A DNA stretch of 64,000 bases, from NCBI RefSeq assembly GCF_030684315.1, contig NC_081396.1:1240001-1304000 (forward strand), written 5' to 3'. The stretch comes from Stegostoma tigrinum. Lineage: Eukaryota. This document shows, in pieces, positions 1 to 12,426 of the stretch. The notes under the pieces are model-generated. The model saw only the letters and a list, made by a program, of their open reading frames with translations. It had not been told where the DNA came from and ran no database searches. Made by a program: the position numbers and the translations under genes. Position 1 is the stretch's first letter. Each line of letters opens with the position of its first letter.

Positions 1-109
1 GCGCAGTGACCAGGTCTCTGCACGCAGTAGTATGCTGAAATATCATTGCCTGAGACCCTTTCATTAACAGCCCTTCACAGGAAGCAGCTGTGACCCAAAA
101 ACCTGCAGC

Positions 110-415
110 AGGTCTTGCACAAAACTTTTGGTCGTTATTGCCATCCTGAGCCTCACTGCACAAAAACTTGCAGCGGTGGCAGTGAACAATAAATCAGAGA
201 TGGTGAGTAAGTACGTCCTGTTTGACTGCTGGACTATATCATAAAACAATTTCTGAGCAAAACCTCCCTTACGACTCATGTAACACCAGACTGTGAACTC
301 CTACCAGTATAAATAATAACGATCACCAATGTAGGCACAAATTAAAGTCGCATCTTTTCCTTCTGGCTGTGTGAGAAAACAACCTAGCTTAATAACACAG
401 TTTCAATCACTTATT
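110..415 (-). pseudogene. TCR alpha/delta-type V pseudogene with degenerate 23-RSS
   Basis: Minus strand reads LTQPEGKDATLICAYIGDRYYLYW*EF...FAQKLFYDIVQQSNRTYLLTISDLLFTATAASFCAVR (both Cys and the Trp are present). Stop after the Trp and most of FR2 deleted. Heptamer position CAGGATG (148-142), 23-nt spacer, nonamer GCAAGACCT (118-110). Confidence 0.8.
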
Positions 416-1039
416 TGTTGAACACAGGGTTAAATAAAGCTTAAATAATCAACTAGCTATTGAAGTGAGCAGAACTGATCGTGAAAATATGAAATAATTT
501 TGATGCCAATGAAATTGAATAGAAGATGCCGCAGAAGAAAATCGAATTAATTTTGTGTGGTCTACGTTGATGCTGACAAATCCCATGAAAATCTGCCCTC
601 ACTCTTTTTTTTTGTCTTAAATCTATACATTCCATTCCTTTGTCGTCTCAACGAGATCTTCAAGTTTGCTTTTACATCTTTGTATGTGACTCTACGTTTC
701 ATTTTGATGGTGAGTTCAATATTCCAAAACGGAAAAAATGATTCTTCTGAATGCCTATTCGATTTGTTCTCTGTCTTGTCTTTATGATGCACAGTTTTGA
801 AATCCTCAAACAGAGTAGCATCTTGTCATGTAAGAGTATAGATAGCCTTCATCAGTTTAAATATCACTATTCTATTACTTCTCAGCAACCCCTTTACCAC
901 AGCAAAGGATCCCAGCTCGTTGCACCTGATTATTGGTTTCACTGCTGTAACTACAAGGCACTGTTTCCGAGGAAACTGAGATATTAACGTCGAGCATTGC
1001 TGTGTAGAAGAGATATCAATAAATATAGGTAATTAGATC

Positions 1040-2450
1040 CCGAATGACCCGAGAAACAGTTAGATTTTCAAATTATCAGAAAGAGTCAGTTCAAAACTTA
1101 GAACAGGAGACCACAGGTGAGGCCGCAGAGGACTGGATAATAATCAATATCGTGTTACGTTTCAAAGGCGTATCAAGAACAATCCAGGAAATTGCAGGTC
1201 CGTAAAGCTAGCGTGTTTAGTAGCGAAATTATTGGAAAAGATTCTAAGGTCCGACAGCTATGCAGATTTAGTAGCAAATTGAGTTATTAGCTGTTTTTTG
1301 TGCAGAGGAAGCCAATTGATCACAAACTCGATCAAGTCTTTTGAGGATTTGACAAAGATAATGAAGAGGAAAGTGTTTATTGTACTGTACATGGACTTCA
1401 GCAAAGACTTTGAGAGGGTCCCTTGTGGGAGGCTGGCACAAAAGTTGAAGTCACATGATGTCAGGGATGAGCTGTCAAGATGGATCCAGAACTGTGATAA
1501 TGGGAACTACAGATGCTGAAGAATCCAAGATAACAAAGTGTGGAGCTGGATGAACACAGCAGGTCAAGCAGCATCTCAGGAGCACAAAAGCTGACGTCTC
1601 GGGTCTGTTATACGAATGGGCACTATGTTGTCTACCAGGTGCCAGTGTCTGTGATGTCTCACATCGTGTCTTCAAGATCCGTAAGAAGGTGGATAAGCAA
1701 CCAACAGTCATGGTACATATCGGTATCAATGACATGGGTAGGAAAAGGACTGAGAAAGTGAAAAACATTTCAAGGAGTCTGAACTCTTGGCTTGGCCTGT
1801 TGTGTTCATCCAGATCCACATTTTGCTAACTTGGATCCAGAACTGGTTTTTCATAGGACACAAAATATGGAGATGGAAGTTTGCTTTGCAGAGTAAGGAT
1901 TTGTTACAAACAGGTGTTCCATAGACATAAGAGCTGAGATTTTTGCTGTTCGTAGTCTGCATGAACATTTTGGAGCTATACGAGGCTGGTCTAATTGTGA
2001 AGTTTGCACATGATATGAATATTATTGGATTTGCAGGTAGTGAGGAGGATTTTCAGATGGTACAGCAGGATAAAGAACAGTTGGAATCATGTGAAGAAAA
2101 TGGCAGGTGCAGTTTAATCTGTCACAAGCGAGGCGTTGCATTTTGGAAGTTCAAGTACAGGTTAAAATAATTTAGTGAATGATAGAACCCTTTGTAGTGT
2201 TGATATGCGGAGACATCTGGGTCTGCAGTACCACAGTTCACTGAAGGTGACAATGCAGAAAGATAGGGCAGTAAAAAAGGCTTTTGGCACACTTGCCTTC
2301 ATTGAAAGGGCCATTGTTTATACTGACAGGCAGGTTATATTTCAGCCAGGCCACATTTGGAAAATTGCTTACAGTTCTGATGTCACCACACTACCAGAAG
2401 AATTTGGAGAGGCCACAGAAGACTTTTACCTGTGTGTTACTTGTTATAGG
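1040..2450 (+). mobile_element. Decayed CR1-type LINE, ORF2 reverse transcriptase fragment
   Basis: Fragments YMDFSKDFERVP..RLAQKLKSH, IVKFAHDM (KFADD) and LGLQYHSSLKV..DRAVKKAFGTLAFI are typical of CR1 RT; many stops; interrupted at 1481-1845. Confidence 0.85.
1481..1845. mobile_element. Palindromic Penelope pseudo-LTR-derived insertion with a 14-bp direct repeat, containing a captured CR1 ORF1 fragment
   Basis: TGGATCCAGAACTG at 1481-1494 and 1832-1845; inverted arms ctggatgaacacagcagg / cctgttgtgttcatccag; 1610-1779 is an inverted copy of 2865-3035. Confidence 0.75.
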
Positions 2451-2609
2451 GCATTTTTTGCTGTGACAGAACATTGGATAGACGGATTTTTGGAAGAAGG
2501 CACCTGGCCCAAAATGTCAGCTTTCTTGCTCCTCTGGTGCTGCTTCGCCTGCTGTGTTTCTCCAACTCCACACTGTATTATCTCTGACTCCAGCATCGGC
2601 ATTTCTTTC

Positions 2610-3500
2610 TATCTCCCTTGGATATACTGGTTCAGGTGTAACCCATCCTTATGGTACAGGTTCAACCCGTCCTTACTGAACAGGTTCCAGCTTCCCTAGA
2701 ATGTGCTCCAATTATTCACATCATGGTAGCTCCACCTCCTCCACCAGTCCTGTAGACACGTGTTTGGCTGCACTATCTCCCACTTTGTTACCTCATAATC
2801 ACTTGGCACTGGGTGCAATGCAGAGATAACTACCTTGTCTGTCCTGGACTTCAGCTTCCAACCTGACTCCTTGAACTTGTTTTTCACTTTCTCAGACCTT
2901 TTCCTACCCATGTCATTGATACCAATGTGTGCCATGACTGTTGGTTGCTTATCCACCTTCTTACGGATCTTGAAGACACGATGTGAGACATCACAGACAC
3001 TGGCACCTGGTAGACAACATAGTGCCCATTCGTATCGTTTGCGCCCACAGAGCCGCCTGCCTTTGCCTCTTACTATTGAATCTCCAACTACAATTGCTCT
3101 ACTTTTCTTCCCCCTTCTCTTCTGTGCCACAGGGCCAGGCTGAGTACCAGAGACCTGTCCCCTATGGCCTTCCACTGGTCGAATGTGCTCCCCAACATTA
3201 TCCAAAATAGTATGCTTATTATTAAGGGGAGCAGCCACAGGGAATCCCTGCACTGTCTCCATATTCCCTTTCCCCCTCTTAACAGTAACCCAGTTACATG
3301 ATTCCTGTACCTTGGATACGACCACCTCCTTATAACTCTTCTCTATCAGCCCCTCAGCTTACCGAATGATCCAGAGTTCATCCGGCTCCAGCTCCAGTTC
3401 ACTAACGTGGTTTGTAAGGAGCTGGAGTTGAGTGCACTTCTCGCAGGTGAAGTCAGACTGGACACCAACAGTGACAATTACCTCCCACATCAAGATGAGA
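2610..3500 (-). mobile_element. CR1-type LINE ORF1 (SGNH/GDSL esterase-like domain), decayed
   Basis: ORF 2696-3325: RAIVVGDSIVRG...CCLPGA...HIGINDMGR, the esterase blocks characteristic of CR1 ORF1. Confidence 0.85.
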
Positions 3501-3899
3501 ATGCAACTACACTAGATTCCATTCCCTCTAATGTAGATTTCCAGAAGAATTAAAAAAAAGGCCTTACCTTACTGCCCCTCCACATAGACTTTTTTATGTT
3601 TAGAAAGGGAGAATGGGTGGGAGACACTACACGTGTAGTGTTTCGGTTTCAGCCAATGCCCAAATATATTAGTTACTTCCTGGCTCGCATTCTCTGCACA
3701 CACCTGCTGCTCCAAACAAGAAGGCCGCTGCCGCACAAGGTAAGCTTTTACAAGGAAAAAGAAACCTTACATTCCCATCAGCACCCTGGCTCGCACTCCC
3801 GCTGCTCCAAACAAGAATTACTTGAGGACAACGTCAGCCAGTAGTGGGCCCTGAAGCTCAAGAAGGATGTATTGACGTTGGTGAGGGTGCAGTGGAAAT

Positions 3900-4238
3900 T
3901 TAGAATCATAGAATCCCTCCAGTGTAGGGATTTATCCTGTTGTGTCCTCCAATAGCATCCCCTCCAGACCCAGCCTCCTACCCTCTCCCTGTAATGCCGA
4001 ATTTCCCACAGGTAATCCACGTAGCCAGGACATCCCTGGAAACAATGGGCAATCTAGCAAAGCCAATCCACCTAACCTGTATATCTTTGAACTATGGGAG
4101 GAAATTGGAGGACCCGGAGGAAACCTGTGCAGACACGTGGAGAATGTGCAAACACCACACTAGACAGTCACCCAAGGGTGGAATTGAATCCAGGTCCCCA
4201 GCACCGTGAGGTAGCAGTGATAAACACCGTGCCAGCCC
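3900..4238 (-). mobile_element. HE1-like tRNA-derived V-SINE
   Basis: Reverse-complement homologue of the SINE at 20754-21052 (tRNA-like head; core atgggcaat..gccaatccacctaacctg; tagaatc tail). Confidence 0.8.
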
Positions 4239-5693
4239 AGAATGATGCTAGCTAAAAGTGTCACAACAGTTATTTGAATTATATTCCCTCAAATGTAGAA
4301 TTTAGAAGATTAAAGAGTGAGAGGTTAATTATGAGGTTCAAGCTGATTAACAATTCGATTGGATAAATACAGAGTAATTATTTCTCCAGTCGTGGTGGTG
4401 GAGCAGGTCTTTAAAATTCAAGCCGGGCTATTCGGGGGTCGGCGGGGGGGTGGGGGGGGGGTTGCTGCCAAGAAGTATTTTTCACACAGAGTGATGAAAA
4501 TCTCAAACACTCTCTCATGAGCAGCTGACAAGTCTGGAGGATCAAGTGGAGAATTCAGCATTGAGATTGACAGTATTTTTCTGAAAGTTAGTTGGCAGTG
4601 GAGTTGGGCTTCTGAACTCCAGGCCCATCTGCTGTGTTTGCTTTTCTTTTTGTTGCTTCTCTTGTTTTTCTCTTTCGAGTTATTTGTTCTCTTTTTAAGG
4701 TTCCCTCTTGTTGAAGATTTCGGTCGTGGCAACAGCATCAGCTGCAGTGATTGGGCCCAGCGAGTAGGCCCAACAGTTCAGGCTCATGCAGCTGCTGAAT
4801 ACAAAAAGGCCACTGCTGAGCAAGGTAAGTTTCCTATTAGGAAAATGATTACCTTCCCAACGGCATCCAGGCTCACGTCCTCACCACTCTCGCCACTGAA
4901 AGCAAGAATGCTGCTGCTGCATGATGTAAGTTTTTGCAATCATGGCTGCAAGGGGAACTTTATGTTTATGTCGAAACTTATCATTTGTATGCAGTTTTGA
5001 CAAAATACATCCGATACTTGCAGTTAACATCTGCTTTATTTTCAATTCATCGTTTGTGTTATTTTGGTTTTCACACCATTTACTTCGATGCCTTGGAAGC
5101 ATGACATCATCCTTGTAGTTTCTCCCTCCATTGATAATTGAGCAGGTTTTTATTTCAATACGCAAAACGTTGCATCAGGAATTCATTATAGTTTGAACTC
5201 TTCATTTATCATATATATGGTGTCTTTAACATTGGGAGGAGCTGAATGAGGATACTGAAGCTCTTGTAGATCTTCCTCACCTCGCCAAATTTGTTGGATG
5301 AAATTCCACATTTTAATGTTTTTTTCTCAATACGCGTATACAAAATCTTCACTGCAGAATGATTCCCTGAAAGCATTATTATCTGTTTCCCTGACAAAAA
5401 GATTTTTCGACCGCAAATGTACATGGATGAAACTATTGTTACCCCACCTCATTGGTATCACTCTGAATATGAAAGGGGACCAAACAGAGGTCTCCAAAGA
5501 AGCAGCAGGTCATTCTGCCCTTACATAGTGAACGCAATAATTTGAAACAATATTATGTATGAAACTTTTCATTTATGTTTAGGTGCACAGTAACCAGGTA
5601 TCTGCACCCAGTAATGTGCTGAAGTGTCACTGTCAGAGGTGCTGTTATAAACAGCCACTCGAAGTTCGCAGCTGTGACCCAGAAACCTGCAGC

Positions 5694-5985
5694 AGTCATT
5701 GCACGAGTCGTTTGCTCGTTCTTACCGCTAGGAGTCTCGTTGTACTGTAACAAGCAGCAATGTCAGAGAGCAATAGATCAGAGATGGTGAATAAGTACGT
5801 CCTGCCTGACTGCTGGACTGTATCATAAAACCCGTTGCAAGCAAAATCTGCCTGAAATGAATCGTCACCATTCATGCAACACCGGAATGTGTACTCAGTA
5901 CCAGAATAAATAATAGCGATTACCAGTGTAGCAACAAAATAAAGTGGCATATTCTCCTACTGGATGTGTGAGAAAACAAACAACT
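5694..5985 (-). pseudogene. TCR V pseudogene, paralogue of 110-415
   Basis: FLTHPVGEYATLFCCYTGNRYYLFWY*, then frameshifted EYTFR...FQADFACNGFYDTVQQSGRTYLFTISDLLLSDIAACYSTTR (second Cys lost). Heptamer position CCTAGCG (5732-5726), 23-nt spacer, GCAATGACT (5702-5694). The flank is homologous to 1-110. Confidence 0.8.
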
Positions 5986-5989
5986 GTAG

Positions 5990-6770
5990 GACGCAGTGCA
6001 GGTAGAGAACTTAGTTAAAAAAGTATTTTGCCATTTATTGGAAGAGTCGTTGAATATAATGACAGTCAAGTTATGCTGCAGGTTTATAGTGTTTCGGTTC
6101 AGCCAAATTTGGAATATTGATTAAAGTTCTGAGGTCACCACAATACGAGAAGCAATTTAGAGAAGACAAAGAAGTTTATCAGGTTGTTGCCTTTTGTAGG
6201 GATTTTTTTTTATTCCTGTGAGGGCATGTTGGAGAGACTGATTTTCTGAAAAAGGGTCCATCCCCGAAACGTTTACTTCACTTGCTGCTTTCCTCCAAAT
6301 CCAAACTGAATTACTTTTGACTCCAGCATCGGCAGTTCTTACTATGTCTCTTGGACTGGCGTTATTTTTTTTTGCTGGATCACAGTAGGTCGAGTGGAGA
6401 CCTGAATAAAGTTTACAAATGATTGATGGCATGAATAGATTGGAAAGTATGAAGCAAATTCCTACGGTGGAGGCTTCAATTTCTTTGAGCTGCAGGTTCA
6501 ATGTGCGAGTTAGGCGTAAGTTTGCGAGCCAAGTTTTTCAAACAAAGATGGTGAATGCTTTGCACGCACTGCCAGTGGAGCTGGTGAGTGCAGGCACAAT
6601 AGTAGCACACAAGAAGCATCTGGAAGAACACATCAATCGGGAAGGAGTAGAGGGCTATAGAACCTGAAAGGCAAGACAGTGTTTATATGGAAGGGCAGCA
6701 TGTGTCTATACAGCCTTGCAGAATAGAAGCCCCTGCCCCTGTTTTGCATTACTATTTGTTATTTCTTCTA
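5990..6770 (+). mobile_element. CR1 LINE 3' fragment with a small Penelope pLTR piece (about 6240-6350)
   Basis: Decayed CR1 C-terminal sequence (e.g. MVNALHALPVELVSAGTI..KKHLEEH) followed by a CR1-type 3' end. Confidence 0.7.
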
Positions 6771-7079
6771 AAAACTGGTTATTGAACATTGATAGAGATG
6801 TCCAGTTTATTTCACTTCCTGATTATTCAGACTGAGCTTCGCATTTTTCATTGACTTTGCAGCTGGAACAAAGCAAGAGGTATATATTTTCCATTTTGCT
6901 CTGTCTTAATGACCTGCAAACAAAGTGGCAAAATGCAGGAGCAATGAAGAAGACAATTTTGCAAAACAACATTCACGGAACGACACGGTTTGCTTATAAA
7001 CTTGAATCATATTTCATTGAACAATTCCTCACCATGGAGTGGATGAAGACTGAAATCGGAGACCTGCATTAATAAACGG

Positions 7080-8635
7080 TGGAACTTGTGTTATCACAAC
7101 TGTCCCAGACTAAACACACGAACAAATGTCGACTGGAGCAAGGCTGGCACAACAGATTGGGCTGCAAAGTGAATTCAAGGAGAATCACTGAAAATACACT
7201 CCTCCCCGATGACCTCAATGCATTAATTTTGAACAGACTGTCGCGTGCCTGGTCAGCCTTGAGAACACCTCAATCCATAGTCGATTCCATAAGCATCAGT
7301 CAAATCCTCTTTGAAGTGAAGGCACAGAAGCCAAGTAGCCTGACTTGAATCTCTTCCCGTGCACTCAAATTCTGCAAGGACTAGCTGGCTGGAGTATTTG
7401 CACACATCTTTAATCACTCCTTACAATTTTGTGAAGTTGTCATCTGCTTCAAATAGGCCACAATAATCTGATGCTAAATAAAATTCTGACATCGTGTCTT
7501 ATCAACTATGGCCCAGTGACAGTTACATCATCCTTCTGAAGTTTCTTTGTAGGCTATGAATGGCACTCATTAACGCCTGCCTCGCTGATTGTTTTGATAC
7601 ACTACACTTAATCTATTGCCACATTAGAGACATGACATTCATCATCTCCTGACCTGACAATAGTCCCTGGAAAACCTGGATTGTAAGGACAGCTGGTTCA
7701 GACTCCTATTTATTAGGACTTTATCTCCATTTTCAGTTACATAATTCCAATCAGAAACCTAGAAGTCAGCTATACCCCCTGCGGATGCATCCTGAACATC
7801 CCCACTCACAGACCACAACCAGTAAAGATGGGCGACAACGCCTCCTCCACAATAATCCTCAACATTGGAAACCTACAAGCTGCGTAGTCATCTCTGCACT
7901 CTTCTCCTCATACACTGAGGATGTTTGATCAAATTCAGCTGTAAATGTATTTATAAATTTATTGATTACACGACCGCAGTGGTGGTGAGTTGGAGGTGGT
8001 CGACAGCTTCAATTTTCGTTGAGTAAATTAGACCACAATCTATCCTGGCTCATCTATGTTGAAGCAACAGCCAAGAAAACACACCATTGTCTACCTCCTC
8101 AGAAGTCGAAGAATATTCAACATGTACAAAACAATTTTGCAATTTTTCACACAGATGCCGTGGAAAGCACCATATCCCGATGCATCAAAGATTTGTGTGG
8201 CAACTGCTCTGCCTAAGGCTGCCAAAATTTACAGAGAGTTGTGATGCAGGCCAGTGCATTACGTAAACCAGTCTTCCTTCTATTGACTTCTAGTACGCTT
8301 TCAATGTCTATGGAAAGCAGCTAACCTGATGGAAGAGCCTTCACACCCTGGTTATAAACTCTTAAATCGGCCAGAAGATATAGAATTTTGAAAGTATGCA
8401 CCAACAGCATCAAGATCGGCTTCTTCCCCGCTGTTTCACTCGTGTCTTTCTTCTCATGTCTTAAATCTGATCTTTCTCTGCAACTTTTCTGCAGCTGTAA
8501 CACGATATTCTCTACCACAGAATTACCCTGACATACTTGTGCAAGGTATGAGTTGTCTGGTTAGAAGGCAAAACTGTATTTTCGCTTCATCTCATTATAT
8601 TTGACAACAATAAATCAAATCAAATCGAATCAAAT
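7080..8635 (+). mobile_element. Decayed LINE of a second clade (Rex1/Babar-like RT)
   Basis: LPDDLNA, KAQKPSS, LAGVFAHIFNHSL and NYGPVTVTS-like RT segments; ends in AATAAA plus a (TCAAA)n tail at about 8608-8635. Confidence 0.65.
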
Positions 8636-8717
8636 TTCTGTGCTTTACTCATCTAATATTAACAGTGCATAGATCTCCCTCCGCAGCTGATACTGCATCA
8701 AATTGCCCCATTGCGCT

Positions 8718-9061
8718 GGTTTTTTTTAACCAGAATCCTCCTGTGTCCTGTCACTGTCTGTCCCAATCCACAGTAATGCACTGTGCTGTCAAATTGCTGC
8801 AGGTCACTGACAGGTGGAGTATCCCTCAATTTTCGTCTTGTCAATAAATCTACGAAATCATGACCCCATCATTTGTGCTCTAAAATAAGTTGGGTGGTTC
8901 GTTATGCAGATTTGAAAACCTTTTTTACTGTCCAGGCAATCTAATTAATATGTGCCAGGCGTTTTGGAACTTCTGAAACGGACATCTGAAATCACCAAAT
9001 GTCCTTCAGAATGAATTACAGTGATTGTGTCTTATCCAAATGAAATTCTTACCATGAGCAC
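8718..9061 (-). pseudogene. TCR V pseudogene with near-canonical RSS
   Basis: Acceptor ttctacag at 9063-9062, then GAHG.., frameshifted VIHSEGHLVI/FRC, W..RLPGQ, FRRFIDKTKIEG, VSDLQQFDSTVHYCGLG. Heptamer GACAGTG (8758-8752); A-expanded nonamer AAAAAAACC 25 nt away (8726-8718). Confidence 0.75.
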
Positions 9062-9109
9062 CTGTAGAAATGTGAAAAAGAAACAGACATGATTGTGATG
9101 CAAAATTCC

Positions 9110-9650
9110 ATGTCTCGGTATAACCTTGTGAACCTTTTCTGAACCCCATCCAGTTTCATTATATCTTTCCCAACTCATGGCGATCAGTCTTGTCTACTCA
9201 CAATTATCGCCAGTGTCCTGTGCAATCACAATTCCGATTCTCAGCTCTCTGAACAGGCGGACCAAGTGCCATCTTCACCACCCTGTCTATCTGCACGGAC
9301 ACTTCCGAGGAACTATATGACTACATCCCAATTGTCACGATTCAGGAGCACTCTCCAGCACTCTACTATTAGCTTGGAAGTCTTGCCTTGACTTGTCTCA
9401 CCAAAAATATGACATTTCACGTTTATCTCAATTAATTTCCACCTGCCATTCCTTACCAATTGGCCGAGTGCATGAGCGTCCTGTTATACTATTAGGAATC
9501 CATCTTAAGTATTCACATTACAACTAATTTTGGAGTAATTCATAAACTTATGAAAAATACATTCAATATTTTCGTCCAAAACATTCCTATAAATGACTAA
9601 CAACAGTGAAGTCAAGCCTGTGTTACTAGTCTGCCGCTGGTCACGGGCCT
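9110..9650 (-). mobile_element. CR1 LINE RT fragment
   Basis: Minus strand VLDENIECIFHKFMNYSKI (decayed KFADDTK region) and downstream CR1 sequence. Confidence 0.65.
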
Positions 9651-10339
9651 CCCATTCGAACAACAACTGAAACAGACACGAATAATGAGCGCCTTCGATT
9701 GCATGCACGTGGTAAGTCTTCAGCCATCTGGAAAAATTTCGAAATTCACAGCTCTCCAATGGAATTCTGACATGTCTCTGACAGTTCCTCTTTGTTCCGC
9801 AGTTTATTTCCTTAGCCAATCTGGGAAATAGTTGAGTGACTGTTTAGTTGTGTTGACATCGACTGTTTATTTGGTTACCCTCTGATATACATTTGAGAGC
9901 TTGTTAGAATTCTGCACACTGAGGTGTTATTTGCTTACGATTGTACACAAACCCAAACCATCTGGAGTTACCATTAAGACATTATATACAGCGGTATAAA
10001 CATATTCTATCGCTGTGAAAACCTTAGAACACAGTAATGCAGTGCAGAGCTCGTCAACACTGCCCACAGATAGAGAACTTGGTGAAGTTATTCTTCGTTT
10101 GAAGCTCAATCGAGAAACGCCACCAAACAAAATCTGCTTTTTTTCTCCGAATCTCTGCAGAGTTTCGATAACATAAACTTGGTTTGCATTTTTGGGTGTT
10201 ATCAGTATCAGGCGAATAAAAACTGTTTGATTATGTCTCACAGGCACAGGTCAACGTCATCACGTGCACTTCCATCTTAAATTCAGAAAGCAGTGGTTGA
10301 GAAATATAATCTCCATGACTCCAATCTGACATCTGGCGG

Positions 10340-11590
10340 AATCCATTGAGGACATTACTTGCATGGTGGACAATGGGGAACTTGTTGATGTAGTGAATCT
10401 GGGTTTGCAGAAGGCGTTGGACGAGGTGCCATACCAAAGGCTTCTAAATAAGATAAAGTGGCATGGTATTACTGGTAATGTATAGGCATGGGTAGAGGAA
10501 TGGTTGACGAGTAGAAAGCAAAGAGTAGGGGTAAATGAGTGTTTTTTTTCTGTTTGGTGAACAGTGGCTAGTAGTGTGCCTCAGAGATTAATGTTGGGAA
10601 CACAATTGTTTACAATTTACAGAGACGATTTGGAGTTGGGACGAAGTTAGTGTCAAAATTTGCAGATGAAACTAAGATGAGTGGTAGAGCCAAGCGTGCA
10701 GAAGACACTGAATGTCTACAGAGTTATATTGATAGTCTAAGTGAGTGGACAAAGGTCTGTCAAATGGAATACAATGTTAACAAGTGTGAGGTCATTCATT
10801 TTGGTAGGAATGAGAGCAAAATGGGTTATGTTTTAAATGGTAAAGGAATGCAGACAGCTGCTTTGCAGAGGAACTTGGGTGTCCTTGTGCACGAATGCCT
10901 AAAAGTAGGTTTGCAGGTGCAGCAGGTAATTAAAACGTAAATAGAATTTTGTCTGTCACTGCTAGAGGGATGGTGTATAAGAACAGCGAGGCTATTCTGC
11001 AGCTCTGTAGGGTCCCGGTGAGGCCACAACTGGAGTACTGTGTACAGTTTTGGTCTCCTTACTTGAGAAGGGATAGACTATCACTGGAGCGGGTGCAGAT
11101 GCGATTCACTTAGTTGATGCCAGAGTTGAGATGGTTGGATTATGAGGAGAGAATGTGTAGGCTGGGATAATCCATTGGAATTCAGAAGAATGAGGGGAGA
11201 TCTGAAAGAAACATATAAGATTATGAGACGAATAGATAAAGTGGAGGCCGGGAGGACGTTTCCACTAGCAGGTGAAACAAGGACCGGGGGCATAGCCTCA
11301 AAATAAAGGGAAGCAGATGTAGGACTGTGGTCAGAAGCAACTTCTTCACCCAAAGCGTTGTGAATCTGTGGAATTCCCTGCCCAGGATAGTGGTTGAAGC
11401 TAACTCACTGAATGTGTTTAAGGCAAGGCTAGATAAATTTTAGAACTGTAAAGGAATTAAGGGTTATGGCATGTAGCCGTGTAAGTGGCGCTGGCCCCAA
11501 AAATACCAGCCATGATCTTATTGAATGGCAGTGCAGGCTTGAGGGGCCAAATGGCCTACTCCTGCTCCTAGTTCTTATGTTCTTATGTGC
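10340..11590 (+). mobile_element. 5'-truncated CR1 LINE with 3' microsatellite tail
   Basis: VDVVNLGLQKALDEVP, SKFADETK..CEVIHFGR, RPQLEYCVQFWSP; (TTCTTATG)n tail at about 11572-11588. Confidence 0.9.
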
Positions 11591-12315
11591 TTACGAATTT
11601 AAATCCCCATATGCACAGAAGAAAATAAACCAGCATTTTCACAAAAATAAATGATATTTGGAGCATTACAGAGGCTTCACAATTAACTGCCAGAAATGGA
11701 TTTGACAAAATTTAAAAACTGATAAGTCGCATTTTCACTGCCTGCTCCCTCAAATGACAGACAGATGTCATTTGCCTTGTCATATGACTGACCTGAACAA
11801 ACCTGCCCATTTTCATACTCGCAAATCTGCTCCATGCTTTCCATGTATCAATCACTATAACCCACGTGCTGCATTCAAACATCACCATCTCTCCTTTCCT
11901 TCCAACTGCCCCACTCCCATCTCGATTACTTTGTGGGATCCCCTCCCTCTCCCTAGTCCCATGGAAGTGTTTTGGCCCGAATTGTTGACTTTGCTGCTCC
12001 TCGGATGCCGCCTGACCTGCTGGGCTTTTCCAGCCTCATGTCTATGGACTATTAATTCCAGCATCTGCAGTCGTTATTGCCTCCTAACAGACCTTAGAAT
12101 CAGTCAATGCCAGTCATTCCATCATGACAGAAATCGCTGTAAGCTCAATTTTTAAATAATTGCCTTGAAGCAGCGTAAATCACGTTTCCACACCTCAGTG
12201 GTGGAGACATCCGCAAAGCTGGCACCTGACAGCTAACTGGTGAATGTAGTTAAAGTTTAGAGTTCCAAAACAAACCATATTTCGGGAATTTCTGCTTTAC
12301 CTTCCACACTGTCGG

Positions 12316-12426
12316 AGTTTTTGAACAGAACCAATCCATCCCACGGAGGATCACAAGCCATCAGTCCGCTTTCTGTATTAACGTTTCAGGACAGTTGATG
12401 TATAAAAGAATCTGCATGACTCTGAC
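12316..12426 (-). pseudogene. Possible internally deleted V relic
   Basis: Acceptor tttgattcag, then GQSHADSFIHQLS*NVNTESGL (a V N-terminus-like start) running into a nonamer-like TCAAAAACT (12324-12316); most of the domain is absent. Confidence 0.3.
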
